64,000 bases of DNA from an uncultured Flavobacteriales bacterium (lineage in GTDB: Bacteria > Bacteroidota > Bacteroidia > Flavobacteriales_D > CAJJDF01): NCBI GenBank assembly GCA_938009745.1, contig CALLII010000025.1, forward strand, positions 586 to 64,585, written 5' to 3'. Each line of letters starts with the position of its first letter. Positions within the stretch are counted from its first letter, which is position 1. The notes under the pieces were generated by a model, which saw only the letters and a list, made by a program, of their open reading frames with translations, did not search any database and was not told where the DNA came from. A program made the translations under genes and the position numbers. Of the stretch, positions 1 to 8,635 are shown piece by piece.

Positions 1-343
1 TAGGAGATATTAAACCGCCCAATACGTGATATACTCCTTTAAATTGAAGTGTATTTTCTATAGCCATTACATCTCTCACATCCTCAACAACACATATTAA
101 TGAATGGTCTCTATTTGGGTTTGAGCATATTTCACAAACAGTAGAATCAGATATGTTTTGGCATTTAGTACAATACTGAATATCGTTTTTCAATTTCATA
201 ATTGCCTTTGAAAGTCCTTCTATATCTTCAGGATCTTGCTTTAGCAAATGAAGTACAAACCTCAAGGCGCTTCGTTTTCCTATACTCGGTAACGAAGAGA
301 ATTCTTCGACTGCTTGCTCAACTATTTTTGATGGAATATTCAT
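1..343 (-). CDS. recR: Recombination protein RecR, N-terminal part (gene runs off the window start)
   Basis: Not in the ORF track because there is no stop in the window. Hand translation from ATG at 343-341 gives [34 protein letters not shown] (HhH), then [19 protein letters not shown] (Cys4 finger), then [14 protein letters not shown]...[10 protein letters not shown] (Toprim start). Confidence 0.85.
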   Translation of the reverse strand, partial: MNIPSKIVEQAVEEFSSLPSIGKRSALRFVLHLLKQDPEDIEGLSKAIMKLKNDIQYCTKCQNISDSTVCEICSNPNRDHSLICVVEDVRDVMAIENTLQFKGVYHVLGGLISP

Positions 344-348
344 TGAAC

Positions 349-356
349 CAAAGATA
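349..356 (-). promoter_or_regulatory. Bacteroidota -7 promoter motif TAnnTTTG (TATCTTTG on the minus strand), 5 nt upstream of the recR ATG
   Basis: Plus strand reads CAAAGATA at 349-356. The reverse complement TATCTTTG matches the consensus perfectly. Its closeness to the ATG implies a leaderless or near-leaderless mRNA. Confidence 0.35.
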
Positions 357-495
357 AACATATTACAGATAAAAATGTTCATAGAATAATACTTCCTATC
401 TCTTATTTCTGTTTAAGTTTCATTATTTTTGACTTCAATTAAAAAATGAATGTGCTTTATACCTATTACAATAAAGCGAGTTAAAAATTAACCCC

Positions 496-1560
496 ATGAA
501 AAATTTAGGATACATAGTGTTGTTGAGTGTTGTAATTGGATGCTCTCTTGGTGAAAAATCTACAAAATCAAAATCAATGAATAACAGTGATACAGAATTG
601 AAATCGGCAGAGGATATGGTTTTTGGGTTTTATAATGTAGAAAACTTATTTGATACCATAGATAGTAAATACACCATTGACGAACAGTTTTTGCCCAATT
701 CTGAAAAGAAATGGGATACTAAAAAGTATTTCGAAAAAATAAATAACCTGGCTAAAGTAATCACTGCATTTGATAAAAAGGAATTGCCTTTGTTTCTTGG
801 TATGGCAGAGATTGAGAATAAAGGAGTTGTATTAGATTTAATTACTAACACTAATCTTAAGGAAGGGAACTACGATATTGTTCATTTCGAAAGCCCTGAC
901 GCTAGAGGAATAGATGTGAGCTTTATGTACAGAACAGAATATTTTAATGTATTAAGCAAAGAGAAAATTGAAGTAGCTTTATCTGAAGATCCAAATTTTG
1001 CAACTCGTGATATAGTTTATGTAAAGGGTGAGCTTAAGGATAATGATGTGGTTCATATATTTCTTAATCACTGGTCATCAAGAAGATCGGGACAAAAAGA
1101 AAGTGAACACAAAAGAGTTAGAGCAGCAAATGTATTAAGAGAAAGAGTTGACAGAATTTTGACATTAGACGAATATGCTAAGATTATTATTTTGGGCGAT
1201 TTTAATGATTATCCTACTAACAAAAGTATCGAGCAAGTTTTGAGAGCCAAAGGTAAACCAACTTTCGAAAATGGAGATTTATTCAACATGGCTTATTCCT
1301 TAGAAATTGCTGATAAAGGAACCTACAATTACAAAGGTGACTGGGGAATGCTGGATCAAATGATTATTAGCAAAGGATTGTACTTTGCTGAGCAAGGAAT
1401 GAAAGTTCAATACGACCAATGCCTTATATTGCGAGAAGATTTTATGATGTTTACCGATAAAAAATATGGAGACCAAAAGCCGAGCAGAAGCTATGGTGGA
1501 CCAAATTACTACGGAGGATACTCAGATCACTTGCCAATATATTCACGATTTAAAAAATAA
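496..1560 (+). CDS. Endonuclease/exonuclease/phosphatase (EEP) family protein, probable lipoprotein
   Basis: Signal peptide with a lipobox-like VVIGCS. EEP-type motifs are present: GMAEIEN, LGDFND, and C-terminal YSDHLPIY. Confidence 0.75.
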   Translation: MKNLGYIVLLSVVIGCSLGEKSTKSKSMNNSDTELKSAEDMVFGFYNVENLFDTIDSKYTIDEQFLPNSEKKWDTKKYFEKINNLAKVITAFDKKELPLFLGMAEIENKGVVLDLITNTNLKEGNYDIVHFESPDARGIDVSFMYRTEYFNVLSKEKIEVALSEDPNFATRDIVYVKGELKDNDVVHIFLNHWSSRRSGQKESEHKRVRAANVLRERVDRILTLDEYAKIIILGDFNDYPTNKSIEQVLRAKGKPTFENGDLFNMAYSLEIADKGTYNYKGDWGMLDQMIISKGLYFAEQGMKVQYDQCLILREDFMMFTDKKYGDQKPSRSYGGPNYYGGYSDHLPIYSRFKK

Positions 1561-1562
1561 GT

Positions 1563-1937
1563 ATGGGACTATTTGGATTTGGAGGTAAAGAGAAAAAAGA
1601 AAGAATGACTTGGAACAAGATTAGTTCCGAGAAAGATTTAGACGAAGCAATAGCATTGTCGCACGATAAGCCGGTAATGCTTTTTAAGCACAGCACAAGA
1701 TGTTCAATCAGTTCTATGGCGCTAAGCCGAATTGAATCTGAATGGGATTTTTCTCAGGAAAAAATTGTTCCTTTTTACTTAGATTTAATTGCACACAGAG
1801 AAGTTTCTAATGCAATTGCTAGTAAGTTAAATGTATTCCATGCTTCGCCACAAATGATTGTGGTAAAAGGGGGTAAATCAATGTTGGATGCTTCGCATAA
1901 CGAGATCAGGGCTAGTTTGGTTAAGGAATTGGTGTAA
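1563..1937 (+). CDS. ytxJ: YtxJ-type thioredoxin-like (bacillithiol-system) redox protein
   Basis: FKHSTRCSIS monothiol motif, later HASPQMIVVKGG and DASHNEI, as in the YtxJ/DUF2847 family. Starts 2 nt after the upstream stop. Confidence 0.7.
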   Translation: MGLFGFGGKEKKERMTWNKISSEKDLDEAIALSHDKPVMLFKHSTRCSISSMALSRIESEWDFSQEKIVPFYLDLIAHREVSNAIASKLNVFHASPQMIVVKGGKSMLDASHNEIRASLVKELV

Positions 1938-1955
1938 TGAAAAAGATAGTTTTCT

Positions 1956-2297
1956 TTAGCCTAATTTCAGTTTTTTAGTTTTAAATGAGTGCAGATTACT
2001 TTCTGTCAAGCCCATTGCTTTACTTCCAGAGTTAGTTGTATAGAATAGTTTGTAATTCTTTAATGAATCTTTTTGAATATCTGCGAAAGGAGTTTTGAAA
2101 ACGTAAAATAGATTCGAATCTTTTGGAATTTTGAGATTTATGTTTTCAGTCCATATACCAAGATTTGAAACTGAGTCAATAGTAACTTCTCCATTAGTCT
2201 TATTTACCATTTCTATCGAAGGATGACTTTTCACACATTTAAAAGCAAGTAAAGGTACGATTGCAATTATCAACCAATTGATTTGTTTTCTTCTCAT
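1956..2297 (-). CDS. Hypothetical small secreted or membrane-anchored protein
   Basis: 113-aa ORF with an N-terminal hydrophobic segment (WLIIAIVPLLAF). No recognisable domain. Confidence 0.5.
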   Translation of the reverse strand: MRRKQINWLIIAIVPLLAFKCVKSHPSIEMVNKTNGEVTIDSVSNLGIWTENINLKIPKDSNLFYVFKTPFADIQKDSLKNYKLFYTTNSGSKAMGLTESNLHSFKTKKLKLG

Positions 2298-2390
2298 AGT
2301 TCTAATTCTAATATTGTACTTAACGTTTAATGTAAAATGCGTTTTAATACATTTTACATAGTGTTGTGGTGTCGTTATTTTGATTTGATA

Positions 2391-3071
2391 TCATGTGAAC
2401 TGTTCAACTTGATATAGTCTATTTGTAATTGGATCAACAAAAAGAAAAAGGTACGGGCCATCTTCAATAAATTGTCCACTATCCAATTGTCCAATAAATC
2501 TGACCCCGTCAATTGGGGGAGTTTCATCACTTTGCACCCAGAATGGCTTGCTCCCTATTTGTCTAATGGTCTTGTTTAGCGGTTCATTAAAATAGGAGTT
2601 TAATTTCTCTTGGTAGCTTGTCCTTGCTTTAATATAATCTTCTTTGGCTCGTTCTTTATATTTTTTATAAGTTTCAGAGCAACCAAATAATTCCTTTTCT
2701 CCTAATAATTTTAATTGAGCTGGGCTAACCTGTTCAAAGGTTAAAAAATAGTCAGAGCAATGCTCATTATACCATTTGTCGGATGGATATTCACCATATT
2801 CTCTAAAAACATGAACAAAAGATGCAATTCCATTCAAATCATGATAAATAAGGGTTAAATCAAATGAACAGATGGGCATAAGTTCTCCAGATAAGCTGTT
2901 TTGGAATATTTGTTCAGAATCAGGAAAGAATCGTACTTGATCAATGTCTAAAGTTTTTGCATCAGAAGATCCTTCAAAGTTTCCAAAAGTATATACATCT
3001 TCTTGGCTGCGGAGTTTTTCCATATCAGCAATTTTTTTTGATAGCTTTTTCTTTTTAAACCAATTTATCAT
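2391..3071 (-). CDS. Hypothetical cytoplasmic protein (weak DUF1963/YwqG-like C-terminus)
   Basis: 226-aa ORF. The C-terminal IGSKPFWVQSDETP...FIGQLD...FLFVD loosely resembles the YwqG-family G-x-P-x-W-x-Q segment. The family call is weak. Confidence 0.5.
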   Translation of the reverse strand: MINWFKKKKLSKKIADMEKLRSQEDVYTFGNFEGSSDAKTLDIDQVRFFPDSEQIFQNSLSGELMPICSFDLTLIYHDLNGIASFVHVFREYGEYPSDKWYNEHCSDYFLTFEQVSPAQLKLLGEKELFGCSETYKKYKERAKEDYIKARTSYQEKLNSYFNEPLNKTIRQIGSKPFWVQSDETPPIDGVRFIGQLDSGQFIEDGPYLFLFVDPITNRLYQVEQFT

Positions 3072-3261
3072 TTAGTTACTTCTTTGTTTAATGCACTACA
3101 ACAATAGGATAAACACCACTAGTGACGTTTATATCGGTTGTATATCAAATATAAAGAATTAATTCTAAACCTTTTTTAATTTTATAAATTGTTAATAATC
3201 AATATAATAACACTAGATTAAACGTTTAATTTACTGCTAATATTTATAATGGAGTTTAATT

Positions 3262-3672
3262 TTACTTCCTCCCAACAAACACAGTTAGCCTCCCAGTAGA
3301 AACTAATTTATTTTCTGCATTAGTAATATCCACTTGCCATACATGAGTGGTTTTTCCTTTGTGAACTACAGTTGCTTTTCCGTAAACAAATCCTGAGCGA
3401 ACTGCTCGTATGTGATTGATGTTGAGGTCAAGCCCCGAAGAAAATTCAGTTTCGCTATCAATTAATAAATGCGAACCAATACTCCCCAAAGTTTCTATTA
3501 AAGCTGCTGATGCACCACCATGCATTATTCCCATGGGTTGGTGAGTTCTAAGGTCTACCGGCATTTTTCCACAAATAAAATCTTCGCCAACTTGAGTATA
3601 TTCTATTCCCAAAGTTTCCATCATGGTGTTTTTAGAAGAAGCGTTTAATTGAGTTAAATCAGTATTTTTCAT
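3262..3672 (-). CDS. Hotdog-fold PaaI/YbdB-type acyl-CoA thioesterase
   Basis: PMGIMHGGASAALIETLGS core motif, ~136 aa size, C-terminal VSTGRLTV. Overlaps the rsmE stop by 4 nt, suggesting coupling. Confidence 0.8.
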   Translation of the reverse strand: MKNTDLTQLNASSKNTMMETLGIEYTQVGEDFICGKMPVDLRTHQPMGIMHGGASAALIETLGSIGSHLLIDSETEFSSGLDLNINHIRAVRSGFVYGKATVVHKGKTTHVWQVDITNAENKLVSTGRLTVFVGRK

Positions 3673-4364
3673 TTTAAAGTATGGTATAAAGTGGTGGCTA
3701 CAATTCCTGCAGTTTCTGTTCTTAATCGGGATTCGCCAAGCGATAATTGGTCAAATCCATTTTGCGAAGCTAATTCAATTTCTTTAGGAGTAAAATCTCC
3801 TTCTGGTCCAATTAGTATTATAACCTCCGAGTTTTTGCTCAATCCCATTTCGTATAGTTCCTTTTTAGAGCCTTCGTCTTCACAATGGGCAATGTACTTA
3901 TTGCCAGTAGTTTCTTGAGTTATAAAAGACTTAAATGTAATAGGGTCTTTAAGCTCAGGGAAATTAAAGTTTTTAGATTGTTTTGCAGCTGAGGTAACAA
4001 TCTTCTGTAATCTTTCAACTTTCAATATTTTCCTTTCGGATCTATCGCAAATTATTGGCTGAATGGTTTTGATCCCAATCTCTGTAGCTTTCTCCAAAAA
4101 AAACTCCAACCGGTTATTGTTTTTAGTAGGAGCAATGGCAATAGTTAGGTTGCAATTGTTTTCAAAGCTTTCTTTATTATCAATACTTAAAAAACTCTTT
4201 TTAGAAGTTATCTGTATAAGTTCGCAGGTAAATAAATCTCCTTTTCCATTGGTAATAAATATAGAGTCACCTACATTTTTCCTCAAAACTTTAGATGCGT
4301 GAGTATGCTCTTCTTTATCAAGAAACAGGTCATTTTCTATATTTGGATTGTAAAAGAGTTGCAT
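3669..4364 (-). CDS. rsmE: 16S rRNA (uracil1498-N3)-methyltransferase RsmE
   Basis: N-terminal HASKVLRKNVGD (PUA-like). SPOUT knot motifs LIGPEGDFTPKEIE and LGESRLRTETAG. Confidence 0.85.
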   Translation of the reverse strand: MQLFYNPNIENDLFLDKEEHTHASKVLRKNVGDSIFITNGKGDLFTCELIQITSKKSFLSIDNKESFENNCNLTIAIAPTKNNNRLEFFLEKATEIGIKTIQPIICDRSERKILKVERLQKIVTSAAKQSKNFNFPELKDPITFKSFITQETTGNKYIAHCEDEGSKKELYEMGLSKNSEVIILIGPEGDFTPKEIELASQNGFDQLSLGESRLRTETAGIVATTLYHTLK

Positions 4365-4368
4365 GATT

Positions 4369-4887
4369 TTAGTTTTCTCGCTTTCGCCACTTGTAATCTC
4401 TATTTTTAATTATGACAAATTTAAGTGAAGCATAAAACAAGTTATTATTTGTAAAATCTTTGTTTGGTGTAAGTAAATTAATTCCTCCTTGTAAATGAAA
4501 GCCATATAGTTTATATCCTACTTTTGGTGAAATCCCAATTCGCGACTCTTTAAAATCGGTACGATAGAGTAGGGCAAACCCATAAGTAAAATTCAATCGG
4601 CCTTTCTTTTGATAGTAGCCAAGATTTAAACCCATTACAGATTCTATAAAATTGAAATCCAATCCAATATTAAGTGCGTGAGTAGTTGGTTTAATAAGTT
4701 TTACAGCTTTTCTCTGTAATTCATAACCTAGCTCCAGGTTTTTGTATTTTCCATACTGAAAACCAATGTAAGGTCCGCTTTTGGTAATCTTCACCAAAGG
4801 ATCTTTAGCGTATGCTAGTTCAAAATTTTGCGCATAGCTACTTACGGCAGATGCAATAGAAAATAGAAGGATGAATAATAGTTTCAT
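4369..4887 (-). CDS. Hypothetical small outer-membrane beta-barrel-like protein
   Basis: Signal peptide ending SSYAQ. Alternating aromatic/glycine beta-strand pattern. 4 nt upstream of rsmE. Confidence 0.5.
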   Translation of the reverse strand: MKLLFILLFSIASAVSSYAQNFELAYAKDPLVKITKSGPYIGFQYGKYKNLELGYELQRKAVKLIKPTTHALNIGLDFNFIESVMGLNLGYYQKKGRLNFTYGFALLYRTDFKESRIGISPKVGYKLYGFHLQGGINLLTPNKDFTNNNLFYASLKFVIIKNRDYKWRKREN

Positions 4888-4981
4888 GGATTAAATTTAG
4901 AAAAACTTCTTATTTGTAAACGGTAAATTTAGTTCTTATATTTAGTGTACATTAATTATTAATCAAAAAAAACAAGAATTT

Positions 4982-5185
4982 ATGGCAATTTTAAAAGTAG
5001 TAGAGATTTTAGCAAACTCAGATAAAAGTTGGGAAGATGCAACCAAAAAAGCAGTTAAAGAAGCTTCAAAAACTGTAAAAAACATTTCATCTGTATACGT
5101 ACAAGAGCAAAGTGCGGTTGTGAATAATGGAGAAGTAACCGAGTTTAGAGTAAACGTAAAAATTACTTTTGCAGTTTATAAATAA
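4982..5185 (+). CDS. Dodecin-family flavin-binding protein
   Basis: 67 aa. VVEILANSDKSWEDATKKAV...EFRVNVKITF is typical of the dodecin/DUF1458 family. Confidence 0.7.
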   Translation: MAILKVVEILANSDKSWEDATKKAVKEASKTVKNISSVYVQEQSAVVNNGEVTEFRVNVKITFAVYK

Positions 5186-5205
5186 GTTTATCGCACAATA
5201 GTATT

Positions 5206-5237
5206 AAGCTGATTGAATTTCAATCAGCTTTTTTTTT
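5206..5237 (+). terminator. Rho-independent terminator after the dodecin gene
   Basis: Stem AAGCTGATTG / CAATCAGCTT followed by a T9 run. Confidence 0.75.
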
Positions 5238-5463
5238 GTATAATATTTTTTAGTTAAAATTTAGTTATTTATAGGTTAATGTGTCGTTAAGCATCTTTAA
5301 TTCATGTCATTAATAATTTATTTGATAACAAATTTTTTATCGATATTTTATTCTAAATGCAGTTATTATTGTTTTAAATGTAATTTTTGGTAACCTTTTA
5401 TAAAAAATTTCCGTAAATTCATGCATAACGTTCTTTTTACAATAAGAAGCAAAACCATTTAAC

Positions 5464-7224
5464 ATGAAAAAAACTATTACTTTTTTAACCTTACTTTTCA
5501 CTTTAAATATTTGCTACTCTCAGTTTAGCCAGTTAAAACAAAGACCTTCTAATGAACAGTCTAATTTACTTCACAGCTGTATTGCAAAATCTAAATTAAG
5601 TTCAGCATTTTATGTTTTGGCTACAAATGTTTGTAACGGAAACACAAATAAAATAGCTATTCAAAAGCTAAATACTTCTGGAGTTACTTTATGGGAAAAA
5701 GAATTGTATTATTCTGATGACGATAAAGTTTTAGACGTAGTTGTTGATAAGAGCGACAACATTATCATTGTAGGATACACCAAAAAAACTAGAAAAAAGC
5801 AGCTGCTAATAGCCAAATTTAATACCAATGGTGTTCTAATTAAAGATTTTATTCTTCACTCTGAATTCAGCACAGTAGGGACTAAAATTATAGAGTCAAA
5901 AACGGAATCATCATATTTTATTGGAGGTTTTGAGTTCGAAGAAGAGTTATCATTTAATATGAAAGGTCATGCTTTATTAATGTCCATTAGTAAAGATTTA
6001 TTAACCAAGAGATGGGAACGATTTTATCAAGGAACAGAAATCAATAATACAATTACTGATGTAGTTGAGCTTCCTAATAAAAATTTATTTATAACTGGTA
6101 GTGTAGGTAATGGACAGTATGGACAAGATGTGCTTGCAGCAATAGTAGACCCAGGTAAAAAAGGACAAATAATTCCTAATGGAAATTTCAGTTTTACTAA
6201 GTTTATTGACGCTAGTCTTGGTGCTTCAGCAATTTATAACTCAGAAAATGATGAAATTAGTTTATTGTTTAATTCAGGTATTCCTAATAGGATGTTTGTA
6301 ATGACTATATCTGATGCTGCAACATCAACACCTACTACAACATATGCTGGTTTAAAAATGGATATTTCCTTATTAAGAGGATACTCTGGGTATAAATTAA
6401 TTCAAAGTTTGGATGACCCAGATAACCTAGTGATAATGGGATATTATGATTTTTTCCCTCAGCAGAATACAGGTTTTGGAATATTTGCAATGGAATTTGA
6501 CAAATTAACAGGAGTTCTTCCTGCAAGTATTAAGTTATGGAAGCCTAGTGGAAATAACTCTGGAGTTCAGTTTCAAGGAGGAGATGTGTTAAGTTTATTT
6601 TCTGCATCTACTAGTTCAAATTCTCCTTATTTTCATACTCCAAATATTTCAATAACATCTCATGACAATGAATTTTATGTTAGTTTAACTCCAGATAAAA
6701 TAAGCTCATTTACTGAGGTTGGGATTATTGAGTTTGACAAAGACCTTATGTTTGCTACATCTTCTTGTCTTACAGCTTTAGATTATACTGCAGGTGTTTA
6801 TGAGTCTGAACCGGTCAGTATTTCTTCTGAAAAACATTTCAGTATTTATTCATATCCAGAATCAACAGAGGAAGCGGTTTATTATACTTATCCAACCTAT
6901 TGTCAGTTTATTTTTATCCCGCATGTTAATAGGCCAAGATCTAGAAAGTCTAATGGTTCTGTTAATGAAAATCAAGAAGAGAGTTTAACTAAACTTAATT
7001 GTTTTCCTAATCCAGTAATGAATGAGTTAACTATTTCTATTCCTGGATCAAATATTTCTGAAATAAAAGTATTCGATATGATAGGGAATTTAGTTGTCCA
7101 ATTCAATTATTCTTCGGTTTCTCAATCTAAAATAGATACACATGATTGGATTAAAGGAATGTATTTAATTCAAGTTACGTCTGTAGATGGAGAAGTTTCA
7201 AAGTCAAAAGTGATTAAGAATTAA
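5464..7224 (+). CDS. T9SS type-A C-terminal sorting domain protein with beta-propeller-like repeats
   Basis: Signal peptide. Repeated ...IIVGYT...LLIAKFNTNGVL... segments resemble delta-60/SBBP repeats. C-terminal LNCFPNPVMNELTI...IKVFDMIGNLV...GMYLIQV is Por_Secre_tail-like. Confidence 0.7.
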   Translation: MKKTITFLTLLFTLNICYSQFSQLKQRPSNEQSNLLHSCIAKSKLSSAFYVLATNVCNGNTNKIAIQKLNTSGVTLWEKELYYSDDDKVLDVVVDKSDNIIIVGYTKKTRKKQLLIAKFNTNGVLIKDFILHSEFSTVGTKIIESKTESSYFIGGFEFEEELSFNMKGHALLMSISKDLLTKRWERFYQGTEINNTITDVVELPNKNLFITGSVGNGQYGQDVLAAIVDPGKKGQIIPNGNFSFTKFIDASLGASAIYNSENDEISLLFNSGIPNRMFVMTISDAATSTPTTTYAGLKMDISLLRGYSGYKLIQSLDDPDNLVIMGYYDFFPQQNTGFGIFAMEFDKLTGVLPASIKLWKPSGNNSGVQFQGGDVLSLFSASTSSNSPYFHTPNISITSHDNEFYVSLTPDKISSFTEVGIIEFDKDLMFATSSCLTALDYTAGVYESEPVSISSEKHFSIYSYPESTEEAVYYTYPTYCQFIFIPHVNRPRSRKSNGSVNENQEESLTKLNCFPNPVMNELTISIPGSNISEIKVFDMIGNLVVQFNYSSVSQSKIDTHDWIKGMYLIQVTSVDGEVSKSKVIKN

Positions 7225-7241
7225 TTAGCTAATAATTTTTT

Positions 7242-7274
7242 AAAGCCTCATTTATATAAATGAGGCTTTTTTTT
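7242..7274 (+). terminator. Rho-independent terminator after the T9SS type-A gene
   Basis: Stem AAAGCCTCA / TGAGGCTTT followed by a T8 run. Confidence 0.75.
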
Positions 7275-7320
7275 ATGTCTATCAACTTAGATATAGTATT
7301 CTATTTAATGTATAAATTCT

Positions 7321-7328
7321 TACTTTTG
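7321..7328 (+). promoter_or_regulatory. TAnnTTTG -7 motif (TACTTTTG), 4 nt upstream of the trmD ATG
   Basis: Perfect consensus match. The position implies a leaderless trmD transcript, or the match is coincidental. Confidence 0.3.
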
Positions 7329-7332
7329 GTTT

Positions 7333-8010
7333 ATGCGAATAGATATTCTTACTATACTTCCTCAATTACTAGAGAGTCCATTTTCGGATTCCATTCTAAA
7401 GAGAGCTCAAAACAAAGGGCTTGTAGAGGTACATTTACACGATTTAAGGGCTTATTCTACTAATAAGCATAAAAAGGTAGATGACTATGCTTTTGGAGGA
7501 GGAGCAGGAATGGTAATGACAATTCAGCCAATTGCCGATTGTATTGAGAAGTTAAAGGCAGAAAGAGACTATGACGAGATAATGTACATGACACCAGATG
7601 GTGAAGTTTGGAATCAACAAACGGCTAACTCCATGTCTATGTATAAAAACATCATGCTATTGTGTGGTCATTATAAGGGGATTGATGAACGAATAAGAGA
7701 GAAATACATTACCAAAGAAGTTTCTATTGGTGATTACGTACTTTCTGGAGGTGAACTTGCAGCCGCAGTCGTGTCCGACTCTTTGATAAGGCTTATTCCA
7801 GGAGTGTTGAATGATGAAACTTCGGCATTAACCGATTCCTTTCAAGATAATTTATTAGCTCCACCTGTCTATACTCGCCCATCCAATTACGAAGGAATGG
7901 AAGTGCCCAAAGTATTGCTTTCGGGTAATTTTAAAGAGATTGAAAAATGGAGAAGTGAGAAAGCTCTTGAGCGAACAAAAAACAGAAGACCAGACATTCT
8001 TGAAGACTAA
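7333..8010 (+). CDS. trmD: tRNA (guanine37-N1)-methyltransferase
   Basis: [10 protein letters not shown] start, [13 protein letters not shown] and [13 protein letters not shown] knot motifs. Confidence 0.92.
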   Translation: MRIDILTILPQLLESPFSDSILKRAQNKGLVEVHLHDLRAYSTNKHKKVDDYAFGGGAGMVMTIQPIADCIEKLKAERDYDEIMYMTPDGEVWNQQTANSMSMYKNIMLLCGHYKGIDERIREKYITKEVSIGDYVLSGGELAAAVVSDSLIRLIPGVLNDETSALTDSFQDNLLAPPVYTRPSNYEGMEVPKVLLSGNFKEIEKWRSEKALERTKNRRPDILED

Positions 8011-8142
8011 TTTTACTAGATTATTAGTCTTATTAAAATAAATACAGAATTTTGATCAAAAAAAACGATAAGGCATTTTTTTTACGGAATAATATTCGTA
8101 ATATTGCAGTCCGAAAATTGAGGAGAATTTAAACCTACAGAC

Positions 8143-8499
8143 ATGAATTTAATTAAAGAAATACACAATGAATTAGGAACTGCACACAGTTTGCCAGAGT
8201 TTGGTGCTGGAGATACAGTTGCTGTAACATATAAAATTAAGGAGGGTGACAAAGAAAGACTACAGGTTTTTCAAGGAATCGTAATCCAAAAAAGAGGAGG
8301 TAACAATACTCCAACAGAAACTTTTACGGTAAGAAAAATGTCTGGAACAATAGGAGTAGAAAGAATTTTTCCAATGGCTTCACCATTTATCGAAGAGGTA
8401 AAAGTAATGAAGAAAGGAAAAGTAAGAAGAGCTAGAATCTTTTACCAAAGAGAAAGAACTGGTAAATCTGCTAGAATTAAAGATAAAAGAAGATTCTAA
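8143..8499 (+). CDS. rplS: 50S ribosomal protein L19
   Basis: PEFGAGDTVAV...ERLQVFQGIVIQKRG...FTVRK is the canonical L19 sequence. It sits downstream of trmD as in most bacteria. Confidence 0.92.
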   Translation: MNLIKEIHNELGTAHSLPEFGAGDTVAVTYKIKEGDKERLQVFQGIVIQKRGGNNTPTETFTVRKMSGTIGVERIFPMASPFIEEVKVMKKGKVRRARIFYQRERTGKSARIKDKRRF

Positions 8500-8524
8500 A
8501 ACAGAATTTAAATCATATTCAAAA

Positions 8525-8558
8525 AACCTCATTTGTATTTCAAATGAGGTTTTTTTTT
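8525..8558 (+). terminator. Rho-independent terminator after rplS
   Basis: Stem AACCTCATTT / AAATGAGGTT followed by a T9 run. Confidence 0.75.
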
Positions 8559-8600
8559 GCCGTTCATGTAAATTCATTCTTCGATTAAACCTTTTTAAAA

Positions 8601-8608
8601 TACCTTTG
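8601..8608 (+). promoter_or_regulatory. TAnnTTTG -7 promoter motif (TACCTTTG) for the outer-membrane barrel gene
   Basis: Perfect consensus, 27 nt upstream of the ATG at 8636 and just after the rplS terminator. Confidence 0.45.
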
Positions 8609-8635
8609 TCTAAGAATTTATTAACCCAATTTTAA

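Noticed and set aside
2330-2359. Inverted repeat ATGTAAAATG-N10-CATTTTACAT between two minus-strand hypothetical genes, as a possible terminator.
   Set aside because: The stem is AT-only and no T run follows on the transcribed strand. This cannot be distinguished from chance palindromes in AT-rich DNA.
7260-7463. A 67-aa plus-strand ORF overlapping the terminator and the start of trmD.
   Set aside because: It begins inside the terminator hairpin and overlaps trmD out of frame. Its sequence is low-complexity and hydrophobic, and trmD has a canonical N-terminus at 7333.
7242-8558. The two terminators (7242 and 8525) share the stem core CCTCATTT/AAATGAGG, raising the possibility of a REP-like repeat family.
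   Set aside because: There are only two short copies in 64 kb, with differing flanks and loops. This is insufficient to call a dispersed repeat, though a whole-genome count would settle it.
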